This document shows positions 20,041-31,429 of a DNA stretch of 64,000 nucleotides, piece by piece. Positions within the stretch are counted from its first letter, which is position 1, and every line of letters starts with the position of its first letter. This DNA is from an uncultured Acutalibacter sp. (lineage in GTDB: Bacteria > Bacillota > Clostridia > Oscillospirales > Acutalibacteraceae). The notes under the pieces are model-generated. The model was given only the letters and a program-made list of their open reading frames with translations, did no database searches and was not told the DNA's origin. The position numbers and the translations under genes were made by a program. The stretch spans positions 677 to 64,676 of the forward strand of contig CAZNZS010000003.1 in assembly GCA_964577585.1 (NCBI GenBank). The letters are read 5' to 3'.

Positions 20041-20985
20041 ATGACAATTTTTGAAGCAATCATTCAAGGGATCATTCAGGGTGCTACTGAATTCCTGCCG
20101 GTTTCCAGCAGCGGACATCTGTCGATCTCACAACATATTTTCGGCATCGAACTTCCCGGTGTTTTATTCGATATCATGCTTCATTTGGGCACCCTGATCG
20201 CTGTGATCTTTGTGTACAGGAACCTGATATGGAGGCTGATCCTGGAATTTGGCTCTCTTTGCAAGGATATTTTTCAAAGAAAATTCAAGTGGAGTGAAAT
20301 GAACTCTGACAGGAGGCTGTTGATGATGCTGATCATCGGCCTTTTGCCCTTGTTCCTGCTTTTCCTGCCCATTCCGGGCCTGGATATGAAAATAAAGGAT
20401 GCCTCTGAGCTGTTTGCCTCCGACAAAGGAGTTGTGATCGAAGGCCTTTCTCTGCTTGCCACAAGCGGCCTTTTGTTTTTGGGCATCCGTGCCGACAAGC
20501 ATACGAAAGAAACGAAAACCGTAGTTGACAGGGAAGGAAACCGGGTCCCTGCCAAGGGCAGGCGAAAAATACATACCTTCGATGCCCTGGTCATAGGCTT
20601 TGCCCAATTTCTCGCGGCCGTTTTTCCCGGGCTTTCCCGTTCCGGTTCCACTTTGTCAGCCGGCCTGCTTCGCGGGATCAACCAGAAAACAGCTTTGGAT
20701 TATTCCTTTGTGCTGGGAATCCCTGCCATTGCTGCCGCCACCCTGCTGTCCTTAAAGGATATCGGCTCTGAGGGGGCGGCTATCGGCGCCGCTCCATTGA
20801 TCGCGGGCGTGCTTACTGCTGCTGTAGTCGGTTTTCTGGCCATAAAGCTCCTCAGATGGATCGTCACCACAAATAAGCTGGAAATATTTGCCTACTATAC
20901 GCTGATTGTCGGCGGCGCGATACTGATTTTAGGCATTATCGAACATATCATGGGGCAAAACATTTTTACAGGAGTCCCAATGTAA
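20041..20985 (+). CDS. uppP: Undecaprenyl-diphosphate phosphatase
   Basis: QGATEFLPVSSSGHL and PGLSRSGST motifs. Confidence 0.95.
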   Translation: MTIFEAIIQGIIQGATEFLPVSSSGHLSISQHIFGIELPGVLFDIMLHLGTLIAVIFVYRNLIWRLILEFGSLCKDIFQRKFKWSEMNSDRRLLMMLIIGLLPLFLLFLPIPGLDMKIKDASELFASDKGVVIEGLSLLATSGLLFLGIRADKHTKETKTVVDREGNRVPAKGRRKIHTFDALVIGFAQFLAAVFPGLSRSGSTLSAGLLRGINQKTALDYSFVLGIPAIAAATLLSLKDIGSEGAAIGAAPLIAGVLTAAVVGFLAIKLLRWIVTTNKLEIFAYYTLIVGGAILILGIIEHIMGQNIFTGVPM

Positions 20986-21022
20986 CGGAAAAGGATATTT
21001 TTGAAGGACGGAGTGAATTGAT

Positions 21023-23791
21023 TTGTCAGCAAAAAAAACGACTTCGTCTGCCGTAAAAAAGCAGACGAACAGCAAGGGAGCGGCTTCCGGCAGTAAAAAG
21101 GCAGCTTCCCGAAATCAGAAAAGCAGAAACGCCGCCAACCACGCAACGGCAGAGGCGATTCGTCAGCGCAACCAGATCCGGGCGGTGGTGCTGTTTGCCT
21201 GCGCTGTTTTTCTAGCCTGCCTTGTTCTGATCACAGGCGATAATCTATGGAGATGGGCCCACAACGCGATTCTGGGTATTTTCGGCTCCTGGGCGATTAT
21301 TTGGCCAATTTTACTTGCCTATGTGGCTGTCGTGACAACGATGGAACGCCCTAAGGGTTCCATCAGTGGTAAAATATGGCTCTCAGCGCTGATCATCGTC
21401 TTGTTCTGCTGCGCAGGGTATGTGTTCGGCAGCCACACTGATCAGACAGGTATGAGCTTGTGGGAGTACATAGTTTATCTTTACCGGCAGAATGCCGGAG
21501 TCGGCGGCGGTGTGATAGGCGGCATTCTTGGCCTGCCGCTTATCAAGGGCGTAGGCGAAGTGGGCGCGAGGATCATCATTGTCCTTCTGCTTTTTGTCGC
21601 CATTATGATCTTGACCGGAACGACGCTGATCGGGCTGTTCCGCACTATCAAAAAGCCTGTTGACGTAGTTTCAGAAGGCTTACAGAATGCAAAGCAGCGC
21701 AGGGAAGAGGAACGTCTTATTTTAGAGCGTGATAGAGCTGCAAGCATCGATATTCCTTTGAATGACAGTTTCCCCGAGCATCCGGTCCGTTCAGAAACTG
21801 CACAACTTTTCCCGCAGCCTGAGCCAAAAAAGAAGAAGCGTGAAAAGAACGAAAAACTGGACAAGCTCAAAGAAGTGTTTGGTCTTGATGAAGAAACGCC
21901 CACGCTTCCTGAGTATGATAAGGACACACCCGAAGAGACAGAAGCTTTGGCAAAAGCAGTGGAAGAGCTGGAGGCCGCTGCCGGCGGGCACACCGATACG
22001 ACGGAAGCTGTACAGCCCGCTGTGCAGGAAAATGCCGCTGCGGACAGGCTCGTTTCTATTGTGACGGAAGCTTCCGCTCCTGTTTCTGAGACCGTTTCCG
22101 TACCGCCGCAAAAAAAAGAAGAAGCGCCTGTAAAACCAAAGACAGAAGCCGCGATTCCGGACGAAGTAAAAGATCTGACACGGGAATTCATGGAAAAGAA
22201 GGCGGAAAACGACCGCAGGGAAGCTACGACAGAGCAGCAGGCCTTGTATCAGGCGGCGGAACAGATGAAAAGCGCCTATTGTTTCCCACCTGTCACCATG
22301 CTGGCCGCAAGTCCCCGCACCGATCCTGCCGCTGAAACAGAGGAATTGCAGACAAACGGCAAGGTCCTTGTGGACACCTTGAAAAGCTTCGGCGTGCAGA
22401 CCAAGATCCTGGATATCTGCCGGGGCCCGTCTGTGACCCGGTATGAGATCCAGCCCGCTGCCGGTGTGAAGATCAGCAAGATCACGAATCTTTCCGATGA
22501 CCTTGCCCTGAATCTGGCGGCGACCGGCGTTCGTATCGAAGCTCCCATCCCCGGAAAAGCCGCTGTCGGTATTGAAGTGCCGAATAAGACCCGCAGCACC
22601 GTTCGCATGAGAGAACTGATCGAATCCAATTCCTTCCAGACCTCCAAAGGCAAGCTGTCTGTCATTTTGGGGCGTGATATCGCAGGTCAGCCCGTGATCG
22701 CGGATCTTTCAAAGATGCCCCACCTGCTTATCGCGGGCACTACCGGTTCCGGTAAATCGGTATGCATCAACTCACTGATCATCAGTATGCTTTACAAGGC
22801 GACTCCCGATGAGGTGCGCTTTTTGATGATTGATCCCAAAGCTGTGGAACTGACAGAATATAACGGCATGCCTCATATGCTGGTTCCCGTAGTCACCGAC
22901 CCCAGAAAAGCTTCCGGTGCGCTGGGCTGGGCGGTCACTGAAATGATGAACCGGTATAAGCTGTTTGCGGACTTCAATGTGCGCAATCTCAAGGGGTATA
23001 ATTCTCTGGCGGAATCACAGAATTATCAGGACGAGAACGGGCAGCCCATGCCTCCGATGCCTCAGATCGTTATCATCATAGACGAGTTGGCTGATCTTAT
23101 GATGGCCGCTCCAAAAGAAGTTGAAGACTCGATCTGCCGCCTTGCGCAGTTGGCGAGAGCTGCCGGAATGCATCTGGTAGTCGCGACCCAGCGGCCTTCT
23201 GTAGACGTTGTCACAGGCCTTATCAAGGCGAATATTCCCAGCCGGATCGCCTTGACGGTTTCAAACGCCATCGATTCCCGCACGATCCTTGACTCCGGCG
23301 GCGCTGAAAAGCTCCTTGGCAACGGCGATATGCTGTTTTCCCCTGTAGGGGCGAATAAGCCTGTTCGTGTGCAGGGCTGTTATGTGACAGACGGAGAGAT
23401 ATCTTCCATCGTAGAATTTGTCAAGAAAACCAGAAGCATCGAATACGATGAATCGGTCATAGAGGAGATCGAGCGCAACGCTGCCGGAACGGGAGAGAAA
23501 AACGAGCCCCAGGAGGAGAGCGGAGCTTCCACAGACCCCATGATGGACGAGGCTATCAAGTGCGTTGTAGAGGCAGGACAGGCTTCCACCTCTTTGTTGC
23601 AGCGGCGTTTGCGTCTGGGCTATGCCCGGGCCGGCCGGCTGATCGATGAAATGGAGCAGCTTGGGATCGTAGGCCCTCACGAAGGCTCCAAACCCAGACA
23701 GGTATTGATGACATATCAGCAATGGGCGGAAATGAACATGCAGAAGTCTGAACCGTATCATTCAGAAGCCGGTAATAACGATGAAGAATAA
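21023..23791 (+). CDS. ftsK: DNA translocase FtsK/SpoIIIE
   Basis: N-terminal TM domain, linker, GTTGSGKS Walker [10 protein letters not shown], gamma domain ([21 protein letters not shown]). Confidence 0.96.
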   Translation: MSAKKTTSSAVKKQTNSKGAASGSKKAASRNQKSRNAANHATAEAIRQRNQIRAVVLFACAVFLACLVLITGDNLWRWAHNAILGIFGSWAIIWPILLAYVAVVTTMERPKGSISGKIWLSALIIVLFCCAGYVFGSHTDQTGMSLWEYIVYLYRQNAGVGGGVIGGILGLPLIKGVGEVGARIIIVLLLFVAIMILTGTTLIGLFRTIKKPVDVVSEGLQNAKQRREEERLILERDRAASIDIPLNDSFPEHPVRSETAQLFPQPEPKKKKREKNEKLDKLKEVFGLDEETPTLPEYDKDTPEETEALAKAVEELEAAAGGHTDTTEAVQPAVQENAAADRLVSIVTEASAPVSETVSVPPQKKEEAPVKPKTEAAIPDEVKDLTREFMEKKAENDRREATTEQQALYQAAEQMKSAYCFPPVTMLAASPRTDPAAETEELQTNGKVLVDTLKSFGVQTKILDICRGPSVTRYEIQPAAGVKISKITNLSDDLALNLAATGVRIEAPIPGKAAVGIEVPNKTRSTVRMRELIESNSFQTSKGKLSVILGRDIAGQPVIADLSKMPHLLIAGTTGSGKSVCINSLIISMLYKATPDEVRFLMIDPKAVELTEYNGMPHMLVPVVTDPRKASGALGWAVTEMMNRYKLFADFNVRNLKGYNSLAESQNYQDENGQPMPPMPQIVIIIDELADLMMAAPKEVEDSICRLAQLARAAGMHLVVATQRPSVDVVTGLIKANIPSRIALTVSNAIDSRTILDSGGAEKLLGNGDMLFSPVGANKPVRVQGCYVTDGEISSIVEFVKKTRSIEYDESVIEEIERNAAGTGEKNEPQEESGASTDPMMDEAIKCVVEAGQASTSLLQRRLRLGYARAGRLIDEMEQLGIVGPHEGSKPRQVLMTYQQWAEMNMQKSEPYHSEAGNNDEE

Positions 23792-24728
23792 CGGGCTCAC
23801 AAATGTGGAAAAGCTCGAACTCAGGCTTCGGCGGAAAAAGAAGCTTCAGACAATTCTTCTTTTGCTGCTGGCAATCATCGTGGTTCTTTCGGTCACCGCT
23901 CCGGGAAAAGCACTGTGGTCAAGGCTGTTTCAGATTTCCGGGTTCAGCGTAACATCAGATGCTCCGCTGAATATCCATTTTATTGACGTGGGGAAAGCAG
24001 ATGCCATTTTGATAGAATGCGAAGGTCACACGGCTTTGTTGGATGCCGGAACCTCCGCCCATGGCGATGTTGTGGTTGATTATATGGAACGAAACGGTCT
24101 CTCAGGGCTGGAATATGCCATTTCCTCCCATCCCGATGAAGACCACCTGGGCGGGATGAAGCAAGTTTTGTCGGAAGTCAGGACAAATATGTTTGTGCGT
24201 TCCCGTTGGTTTCCCGCAAGGTATGAAAACGTGGGAGATCAGCTTTTGAAAGCCTCTGTTCCGGAGCATATTACCAAACCCGGGGATCTGTTGCGCTTGG
24301 GCAGCGCGGAGTTGGAAATTCTCGGGCCTGTGAGAGAATATGAGGATACGAACAATGCCTCTCTTGTGGTCCGCCTTACTTATCGGGATTTCACCGCATT
24401 GTTCTGCGGAGATATGGAAAAGGTCGCGGAAAAGGACTTGCTCGAAGCCGGAGCCATGCTTGACGCAGATCTGCTGAAGGTCGCGCATCACGGCAGCGAG
24501 ACCTCCAGCACAAAGAAGTTCTTGAAGGCTGTTTCTCCGGAATATGCCGTCATTTCTACCGGCCCGGACAGGAATGAACTGCCCGATGAAGAAGTCCTGG
24601 TCCGTCTTGAGAAGATCTGTCCAAACGTACTGCGAACAGATACTGATGGCTGCATTGTGTTTTCTTATGACAGATCCGGAGTAAAATTCACAACAGACAT
24701 GGAAAAGCAGGGGAGGAAGGCCTCTTGA
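23781..24728 (+). CDS. ComEC/Rec2-like metallo-beta-lactamase fold protein
   Basis: [29 protein letters not shown] motifs; N-terminal TM anchor. Confidence 0.85.
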   Translation: MKNNGLTNVEKLELRLRRKKKLQTILLLLLAIIVVLSVTAPGKALWSRLFQISGFSVTSDAPLNIHFIDVGKADAILIECEGHTALLDAGTSAHGDVVVDYMERNGLSGLEYAISSHPDEDHLGGMKQVLSEVRTNMFVRSRWFPARYENVGDQLLKASVPEHITKPGDLLRLGSAELEILGPVREYEDTNNASLVVRLTYRDFTALFCGDMEKVAEKDLLEAGAMLDADLLKVAHHGSETSSTKKFLKAVSPEYAVISTGPDRNELPDEEVLVRLEKICPNVLRTDTDGCIVFSYDRSGVKFTTDMEKQGRKAS

Positions 24729-24952
24729 AAACTCTTGTTTTGGACCGTTTTGAAGGCGGCTATGCCGTTTGTGAAACCAGGGAAGGAAGCATTTTTACCC
24801 TTCTCCGCACTGAACTTCCAACAGAAGCTTCAGAAGGAAGTGTGCTTCTCCTCTTGGATGACGGGACATTCCTTCTCGATAAGGCCGAAACAGAAAGCCG
24901 CAGAAAACAGATGGCGGAAAAGCAGAAAAGTATTTTTGAAGGATCTGAATAA
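24725..24952 (+). CDS. DUF3006 family protein
   Basis: VLDRFEGGYAVCE...LP..A.EG.VL pattern; TTG start overlaps the upstream stop. Confidence 0.75.
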   Translation: MKTLVLDRFEGGYAVCETREGSIFTLLRTELPTEASEGSVLLLLDDGTFLLDKAETESRRKQMAEKQKSIFEGSE

Positions 24953-24964
24953 GCATACCAAATA

Positions 24965-25003
24965 AGCGGGCTGGAAAAGGTGCGTTTCCTTTTCCAGCCC
25001 GCT
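24965..25003. terminator. Bidirectional terminator
   Basis: 16-bp perfect stem agcgggctggaaaagg / ccttttccagcccgct. Confidence 0.85.
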
Positions 25004-25011
25004 CGTTCTAT

Positions 25012-27393
25012 TCAGCTGAGCTTTGCCGCCAACTCAGAGGCGTAGCGCACAGATGCCATAGCGTCTTTCCCGTAAAAATCGGCCCCGATAGCATCTGCAT
25101 ATTCCTGCGTAAGCACCGCGCCTCCCACCATGATTTTACAGTTTGGCTCCTCTTTGTGGAGCAACTCTACAGTTGCTTTCATATTGGTTACCGTAGTGGT
25201 CATAAGAGCGCTCAGGCCGACTAAGGCAGCGTGATTCTCCCGCACAGCCTTCAAAACAGCTTCGGGAGGCACGTCTTTTCCCAGGTCGATTACAGCGAAG
25301 CCATAGTTTTCAAGCAAGACCTTCACAATATTTTTTCCTATGTCATGCACATCTCCCAAAACGGTCGCGATAACAATTGTAAGCGCTCCGTTTTTGCCGC
25401 TGCCTCCCTTTTCCATATGCTCTCTTATTTTCCCAAAAGCAGCCTTTGCCGCATCGGCGCTCATTAAAAGCTGGGGGAGAAACAGCGTTTTCTTCTCAAA
25501 GCATTCTCCAACACGGTCAAGGGCGGGGACAATATGGCTGTTGATGATCTCCAGCCCCGGAACGCCGTCCTCGACCAATTTACCGGCAATATTTGACGCT
25601 TCCTGTTTGAGCCCTTTTTCAATTGCGTCTCCCAGAGAAAGCTTAGCTGCGTCTTCTTGAGATGGCGGAGCTGTGTTTTCCTGGCTGTAGGCGGCAATGT
25701 ACTTCATACAGTTTTTGTCCTTGGCGGAAAGCGCGCAAAAGGACCGGTAGGCCTGCATCATCTTTTCCGAATTCGGGTTCATGATTGCGGCACTCAATCC
25801 GTTTGTCAGGGCCATGAGGAAAAAAGAAGCCGTTATATTTTCTCTCTGAGGAAGGCCAAAGGAAACGTTTGACACACCCAGGGAAGTGAATACCCCCAAT
25901 TCTTCGTGTATTTTCCGCAGCGCGGCTAAGGTGACCAGCGCCGCATCCTGACCGGCGCTGATCGCCATGGTAAGCGGATCGATTATGATATCAGTTTTGG
26001 AAATTCCATAGCTTTCAGCGGCGGAAACAATGGTTTTAGCCGCTTTCAGACGCTCTTCCGCTGTTTCCGGTATTCCTTTCTCCGTGATGGTCAATCCGAT
26101 CACTACGCCGCCATATTTTTGAACCAGCGGGAAAATGGCGTCCATGGAAGATCTTTTCGCGGTAACAGAATTCACCAAGGGCTTTCCGTTATAGATTCTC
26201 ATGGCTTTTTCCATGGTTTCCGGATCTGCGGTATCGATCTGCAGAGGAAGAGGGGAAATGGCTTGAATGGCCGTAATGGCTTCACACATCAAAGAGGGTT
26301 CATCTATCTCAGGAAGGCCCACATTTACGTCCAGAATATGGGCGCCTGCGTCCTGTTGCTTTATTCCTTCAGAAAGGAGATAAGAGATATCATGCTCGCG
26401 CAGCGCTGCTTTCAGCTTGGGCTTTCCTGTAGGGTTGATCCGTTCTCCGATAACCACCGGAAAATCTCCAAAGGAAACGGCGTGGATTCCCGATGTTACA
26501 ACGGTCTTTTCCCCTTTTTGAGATTTTCTGCAGGAAAGACCGCTGCATGCTTTTACCATAGCGGAAATATGCGCGGGAGTAGTTCCGCAGCACCCGCCGA
26601 TACAGGAAGCTCCAGCGGATACGATATCGGCCATGTATTTTGAAAAGACTTCCGCGTCTACATCGTAAACGGTTCCCCCATTTTCTTCCCTTGGAAGCCC
26701 GGCATTTGGATTCACAATAATGGGAAGGGAGGTCATCGTCCTCAATTGTTCGGTAAGAGAAAGCATCTGCCGGGGACCAAGGCCGCAATTCAGGCCGATG
26801 GCGTTCACGCGGAGCCCTTCAAGGACCGCGGCCATGACCTCCAGGCTGCCGCCAGTAAGAAGGGCACCATCCATATCAAAGGTCATAGTCACAAAGACAG
26901 GAAGGGAAGAGCTTTCTTTTGCTGCCAAAGCAGCGGCTTTGGCTTCGTAAATATCGCTCATTGTTTCTATGAGGATACAATCGGCTCCTGCTTTTTCGCC
27001 GGCTGCCGCCATTTCCCGAAAGGCGGATACCGCGTCCTCAAAATCCAGATCACCCAAGGGTTTCAGCAGTTTTCCAGTGGGACCGATATCCAACGCGGTC
27101 CAGGCATCGCCGCCGGCTGCCTTTTTGGCCAGGGAAACACCTCTGGAGACCACTTCCTCCACAGAATATCCGCAGCCGGCAAGTTTGAAGCGATTGGCAC
27201 CGAAGGTATTCGATTTCAGGATGTCCGCACCGGCGTTCCTGTAGGATTTATGAATCTCAAAAACCGTATCGGAATGTGAAAAGTTCCACAGTTCAGGAAG
27301 TTCTCCCGGCATCAGACCGGCATTCTGAAGCATGGTGCCCATTGCTCCGTCAAAGAAAATCGGTTTCTTTCCTAACTTTTGAAGAAGATTCAT
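25012..27393 (-). CDS. metH: Cobalamin-dependent methionine synthase (Hcy, pterin and B12 domains)
   Basis: DGAMGTML, GLNC, GGCCGT, IGERINPTGK, DVHDIGKN motifs; no activation domain. Confidence 0.93.
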   Translation of the reverse strand: MNLLQKLGKKPIFFDGAMGTMLQNAGLMPGELPELWNFSHSDTVFEIHKSYRNAGADILKSNTFGANRFKLAGCGYSVEEVVSRGVSLAKKAAGGDAWTALDIGPTGKLLKPLGDLDFEDAVSAFREMAAAGEKAGADCILIETMSDIYEAKAAALAAKESSSLPVFVTMTFDMDGALLTGGSLEVMAAVLEGLRVNAIGLNCGLGPRQMLSLTEQLRTMTSLPIIVNPNAGLPREENGGTVYDVDAEVFSKYMADIVSAGASCIGGCCGTTPAHISAMVKACSGLSCRKSQKGEKTVVTSGIHAVSFGDFPVVIGERINPTGKPKLKAALREHDISYLLSEGIKQQDAGAHILDVNVGLPEIDEPSLMCEAITAIQAISPLPLQIDTADPETMEKAMRIYNGKPLVNSVTAKRSSMDAIFPLVQKYGGVVIGLTITEKGIPETAEERLKAAKTIVSAAESYGISKTDIIIDPLTMAISAGQDAALVTLAALRKIHEELGVFTSLGVSNVSFGLPQRENITASFFLMALTNGLSAAIMNPNSEKMMQAYRSFCALSAKDKNCMKYIAAYSQENTAPPSQEDAAKLSLGDAIEKGLKQEASNIAGKLVEDGVPGLEIINSHIVPALDRVGECFEKKTLFLPQLLMSADAAKAAFGKIREHMEKGGSGKNGALTIVIATVLGDVHDIGKNIVKVLLENYGFAVIDLGKDVPPEAVLKAVRENHAALVGLSALMTTTVTNMKATVELLHKEEPNCKIMVGGAVLTQEYADAIGADFYGKDAMASVRYASELAAKLS

Positions 27394-28028
27394 TGTTGGT
27401 CCGCCTTTCTGAAAGGACAATTTTCCATATTGCAGTCCATACATTTTCCCACATGACAAAGTGACGCGTCGGCAGAAAGACCCACAATCGCGGTAATGGA
27501 CTTAAAAGGTATCATCATGAAATTGTCATTCAAAGCAACTCCGATTTTTTTGGATATGTCTAACACAGAAAAGAAAAATTTTTGATAGTTCAAGGGAAAA
27601 TCCCCATATCCCGGGCTGAAACGCGGACGAAGATACAATCCCCGCTCAGCGGCAAGGCTTTCCAGCTCCAGCTGCAGTTTATCCGCGCATTCCTCGGTAT
27701 AGGCGGCTGCGCAGGCCTGCAGCACAGGGACCATCGCCATTTCGGTAACGGAATAACGTCTGATCAGCGTGTCTATTTCAGGCCCGAGAGTAAGTGCCAA
27801 CAGAAAAGCGCTTTTGCACCCTTTTAAATGCTGAGCCAGGTCTTTGCTTACAAGCTCACTGTTGCCGATAAAAACGCTGTTTTCCCTTACAGTAACGGAA
27901 AATTCTCTCCATACAGAACGGGGGGAAGCAGCACTGGTCACTTCTGTCTCCGCACGTTTGATCCAGCTGTCAAGCAAATTTCCTGCCGTTCCCGCTTCCA
28001 GGTACCGCAGGATCTCCTGTTTATTCAT
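27390..28028 (-). CDS. Methionine synthase activation (AdoMet-binding) domain, stand-alone
   Basis: RFSPGYGD and MIPFKSITAIVG motifs; C-terminal CxxC...C. Confidence 0.88.
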   Translation of the reverse strand: MNKQEILRYLEAGTAGNLLDSWIKRAETEVTSAASPRSVWREFSVTVRENSVFIGNSELVSKDLAQHLKGCKSAFLLALTLGPEIDTLIRRYSVTEMAMVPVLQACAAAYTEECADKLQLELESLAAERGLYLRPRFSPGYGDFPLNYQKFFFSVLDISKKIGVALNDNFMMIPFKSITAIVGLSADASLCHVGKCMDCNMENCPFRKADQQ

Positions 28029-28039
28029 GTGTTTTCCTT

Positions 28040-28900
28040 TCACCGCAAGATACAGCTGAGATTTTGAAGGATCTTCTCCGCTGTTTCAGGACGGTTCATT
28101 ACATATAAGTGAATATATTTTACTCCGTTTGCAATCAAATCGATGATCTGCTCCGTTGCGTAGGCGACTCCGGCCTGTTCCATTGCTCCCGGATCGTCAG
28201 AAAATTTATCGGCAATGGCTTTAAAACGGGGAGGAAGAGTTGTTCCGGAAAGCTCACAGCTTCTCTTGATCTGTTTGGCGTTGATCACAGGCATGATGCC
28301 GGGAATGACAGGCACCTGTATTCCGGCGGTCAACACACGGTAAAGGAAATTATAGTATACATTGTTGTCAAAGAACATTTGGGTGGTGAGAAAATCACAG
28401 CCCGCGGAAACCTTTTCCTTCAGATAGCCGATGTCCAGCTCTTTATGCTCACATTCCACATGGCCTTCGGGATAACAGGCGCCACCGATGCAATAATCAC
28501 CGTGATCACGAATATCCTTAATAAGATCTTTTGCGTAAGTATAATATCCGGAACCTGTAAAGCCTAGAGGCTTGTCACCCCGAAGTGCAAGAATATTTTC
28601 GATCCTGTTTTCCTGTATTTCGGATAACCGTTTTTCGATTTCCTCTTTGCTGCAGCCGATGCAGGTCAGATGGGCAAGAGCCGGGATCTGATATTGCTTT
28701 TGAATATGTGCGGCGATCGGAACGGTGCTTTTGGCTGTGCTTCCTCCGGCTCCGTAAGTTACGCTGATAAAATCAACTCCAAGCTCACAGATCCTGTCGG
28801 CAGCCCGAAATACGTTTTCTAGACCGCTGTCTTTTTTGGGCGGAAAGATTTCGCAGGAAAAAGTGACCTTGTTGCGGCTCAATAAATCTTTTATTTTCAT
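28040..28900 (-). CDS. metF: 5,10-methylenetetrahydrofolate reductase
   Basis: SCEIFPPK, SVTYGAGG, AHLTC, LALRGD, ACYPEGH, TQMFFDN motifs. Confidence 0.95.
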   Translation of the reverse strand: MKIKDLLSRNKVTFSCEIFPPKKDSGLENVFRAADRICELGVDFISVTYGAGGSTAKSTVPIAAHIQKQYQIPALAHLTCIGCSKEEIEKRLSEIQENRIENILALRGDKPLGFTGSGYYTYAKDLIKDIRDHGDYCIGGACYPEGHVECEHKELDIGYLKEKVSAGCDFLTTQMFFDNNVYYNFLYRVLTAGIQVPVIPGIMPVINAKQIKRSCELSGTTLPPRFKAIADKFSDDPGAMEQAGVAYATEQIIDLIANGVKYIHLYVMNRPETAEKILQNLSCILR

Positions 28901-28977
28901 AGCGGGAACCTCTTTCTTCAAGGCATCTTCTTTTTAAATATCAGTATATCACAGATCAGACCGTAAAAAAAGACAGT

Positions 28978-29006
28978 GCATAAAGTTTTCGGTAATATCA
29001 TATTTT
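28978..29006 (+). promoter_or_regulatory. sigmaE-type promoter of the amidase gene
   Basis: gcATA-16 nt-CATAtttT. Confidence 0.45.
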
Positions 29007-29036
29007 GAACGGAAGGTATAGGGGAGGAAAACGATT

Positions 29037-29750
29037 ATGAAACGGAAATTTGCTTTTTTTCTGCTGTTCTGCGCTTCTTTGATTCTTTTTGCAGTGCAGA
29101 CCATGCAGGCCTTTGGCATCGTATCATTTCACGCGGATTTTTTCGAAAAGAAGGAAACTATCGTTTTGGATGCGGGGCACGGTGGGGAAGACGGCGGCGC
29201 TTCCGGTGCCGATGGCGTTCTGGAAAAAGATATCAATCTTGCCATAGCGTTAAAACTGGAGCAATATCTGAAAAGCCGCAATTACCAGGTCATTATGATC
29301 CGAAGCGGGGACTATTCCGTGGGCGATAATTCTCTTTCCACTGTGGCGGAAAGAAAACGTTCCGATACCAAAAACCGGCTTCGCGTTGTTGAGGAAGCAG
29401 GAGAATGCGTTTTTGTCAGCATACATCAAAATCATTTTTCGGAGAGCAAATACAGCGGAGCACAAATGTTCTATTCGGGAAACAGGGAAGAAAGCGCTGT
29501 CCTTGCCGAAAGCATCCGAAAAAATGTCGTAGAGGCTCTGCAGCCTGAAAACCACCGGGAAAATAAAGAGGCAGACAGCAATATCTATCTGCTCAAGAAT
29601 TGTAAGGTTCCTGCGGTTTTAGTGGAATGCGGGTTCCTTTCCAATCCGGAAGAAGCGCGTAAACTCAATACGGAACAGTATCAGGGGGATATGGCGGCAG
29701 CAATCTATAACGGTATTACCGCATATTTCGCCGAAATAAAGAGCAAATGA
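29037..29750 (+). CDS. N-acetylmuramoyl-L-alanine amidase (Amidase_3, CwlD-like)
   Basis: LDAGHGGEDGGA, SIHQN, VECGFLSN motifs; N-terminal hydrophobic anchor. Confidence 0.88.
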   Translation: MKRKFAFFLLFCASLILFAVQTMQAFGIVSFHADFFEKKETIVLDAGHGGEDGGASGADGVLEKDINLAIALKLEQYLKSRNYQVIMIRSGDYSVGDNSLSTVAERKRSDTKNRLRVVEEAGECVFVSIHQNHFSESKYSGAQMFYSGNREESAVLAESIRKNVVEALQPENHRENKEADSNIYLLKNCKVPAVLVECGFLSNPEEARKLNTEQYQGDMAAAIYNGITAYFAEIKSK

Positions 29751-29857
29751 GGCTTTTCTTGGCACTCAGATTATGATATACTAAAAGACAAAATTGGATG
29801 ATATGTTTCAGTTAAGTCAAATGTATCGCTTCTTCAACCGCTTGGGGGAATGAAAAT

Positions 29858-31237
29858 ATGGCCGGAAAAAGCAAAGTTATTTTTCAGTGTTCGGAATGCG
29901 GGTATGAGACGCCGAAATGGACAGGAAAATGCCCTGAATGCGGAGCTTGGAACAGTATGGTCGAAGTACTGCAGGCGCCTTCCATTCAGAAAGCATCTGC
30001 TTCAAGACCCTCAGGCGTGTCGTTTTCCCATTCTGTCGGCATCAATGAAATAAGCACGGAGGATGAGCACCGGTATCACACCGGTCTTTCGGAATTGGAC
30101 CGCGTTCTCGGCGGCGGTATCGTAAAAGGATCCCTGGTACTGATCAGCGGTGATCCGGGAATAGGAAAGTCCACTATGTTGTTACAAATCTGTGAACAAC
30201 TTGGGAAGGAATTGCAAATTCTTTATGTCTCAGGAGAGGAATCTGCAAGACAGATCAAGCTTAGAGCCACCAGATTAGGCGTCCAAAACCCCAATCTGAA
30301 GGTCCTGACTGAAACAGATGTACAATATATAGCGGAAGAGATCCGAACGGAAAAGCCGGATCTTGTGATGATCGATTCCATTCAGACCATGAATCATACC
30401 GATCTGAATTCTTCTCCCGGCAGCATAACCCAGGTCAGAGAATGCACGAATCTGATGACGCGCTGCGCTAAAAGCCTTGATATTCCCATCATTATTGTCG
30501 GCCATGTCAATAAGGACGGAGCCATTGCCGGACCTAAGGTCCTGGAACACATCGTTGATGCGGTGCTGTATTTTGAAGGCGACCGACAGATGACTTATCG
30601 CATATTGCGAGCCGTCAAAAACCGATACGGCTCCACAAATGAGATTGGTGTGTTTGATATGGGGGAGAACGGTCTAAAAGAGGTCGAAAACCCTTCACAG
30701 GCAATGCTTTCAGGCCGTCCTGTGGGAGCCTCCGGCACCTGCGTAACGGCTATTATGGAGGGAAGCCGGCCTATTTTGGCCGAAGTGCAGGGGTTAGCCA
30801 CCACGTCTGGTTTCGGTACACCGAGAAGAATGTCCACGGGCTTTGATTATAACCGTATGGCGCTTATCCTGGCGGTTCTGGAAAAGAGGGCGGGCTTCTA
30901 TTTTTCCAATTTGGACGCATATATCAATGTTGTCGGTGGCCTCCGTTTGGACGAGCCATCTGCTGATCTGGCTGTTGCAATGGCGCTGATATCCAGCCTG
31001 AAGGATATCCCGATCAGAGAAGATACGGTAGTTTTCGGAGAAATTGGTCTTGCCGGGGAACTCAGAAGCATCAACAGGGTCGATCTGAGGATCTCCGAAG
31101 CTGCAAGGCTCGGTTTTTCACGCTGCGTGATACCGTACCATAACTTGAAGGGAATCAGCCGTTCGGATGGCATTGAAATCATCGGCGCACGAACGATACG
31201 GGATGCCTACGAAGCCGCAAGTTCAGGAAAGCAATGA
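29858..31237 (+). CDS. radA: DNA repair protein RadA/Sms
   Basis: C4 zinc finger, GDPGIGKST, KNRYG, Lon-like C-terminal domain. Confidence 0.96.
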   Translation: MAGKSKVIFQCSECGYETPKWTGKCPECGAWNSMVEVLQAPSIQKASASRPSGVSFSHSVGINEISTEDEHRYHTGLSELDRVLGGGIVKGSLVLISGDPGIGKSTMLLQICEQLGKELQILYVSGEESARQIKLRATRLGVQNPNLKVLTETDVQYIAEEIRTEKPDLVMIDSIQTMNHTDLNSSPGSITQVRECTNLMTRCAKSLDIPIIIVGHVNKDGAIAGPKVLEHIVDAVLYFEGDRQMTYRILRAVKNRYGSTNEIGVFDMGENGLKEVENPSQAMLSGRPVGASGTCVTAIMEGSRPILAEVQGLATTSGFGTPRRMSTGFDYNRMALILAVLEKRAGFYFSNLDAYINVVGGLRLDEPSADLAVAMALISSLKDIPIREDTVVFGEIGLAGELRSINRVDLRISEAARLGFSRCVIPYHNLKGISRSDGIEIIGARTIRDAYEAASSGKQ

Positions 31238-31357
31238 AAACAGCTTTCGTCCACGTGCGTGATTTCATCGGCAGTCAAGCAAAGCCGGCTTATTATTATG
31301 GCCGTCAGATCTCAAGCCAATATGTATACAGAGTTTCCCTGGGGAAAGAAAATGTGT

Positions 31358-31387
31358 AATTGTAGAAAATGAATATTTTCTACAATT
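31358..31387. repeat. Perfect 13-bp inverted repeat with GAAAA-N6-TTTTC core; candidate dif-like site or operator
   Basis: aattgtagaaaat-gaat-attttctacaatt, ending 42 bp before the recombinase ATG. Confidence 0.6.
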
Positions 31388-31429
31388 CAGGGAGGACAAA
31401 ACAGCAAAGAAAGGCTGGGATACAGATAT

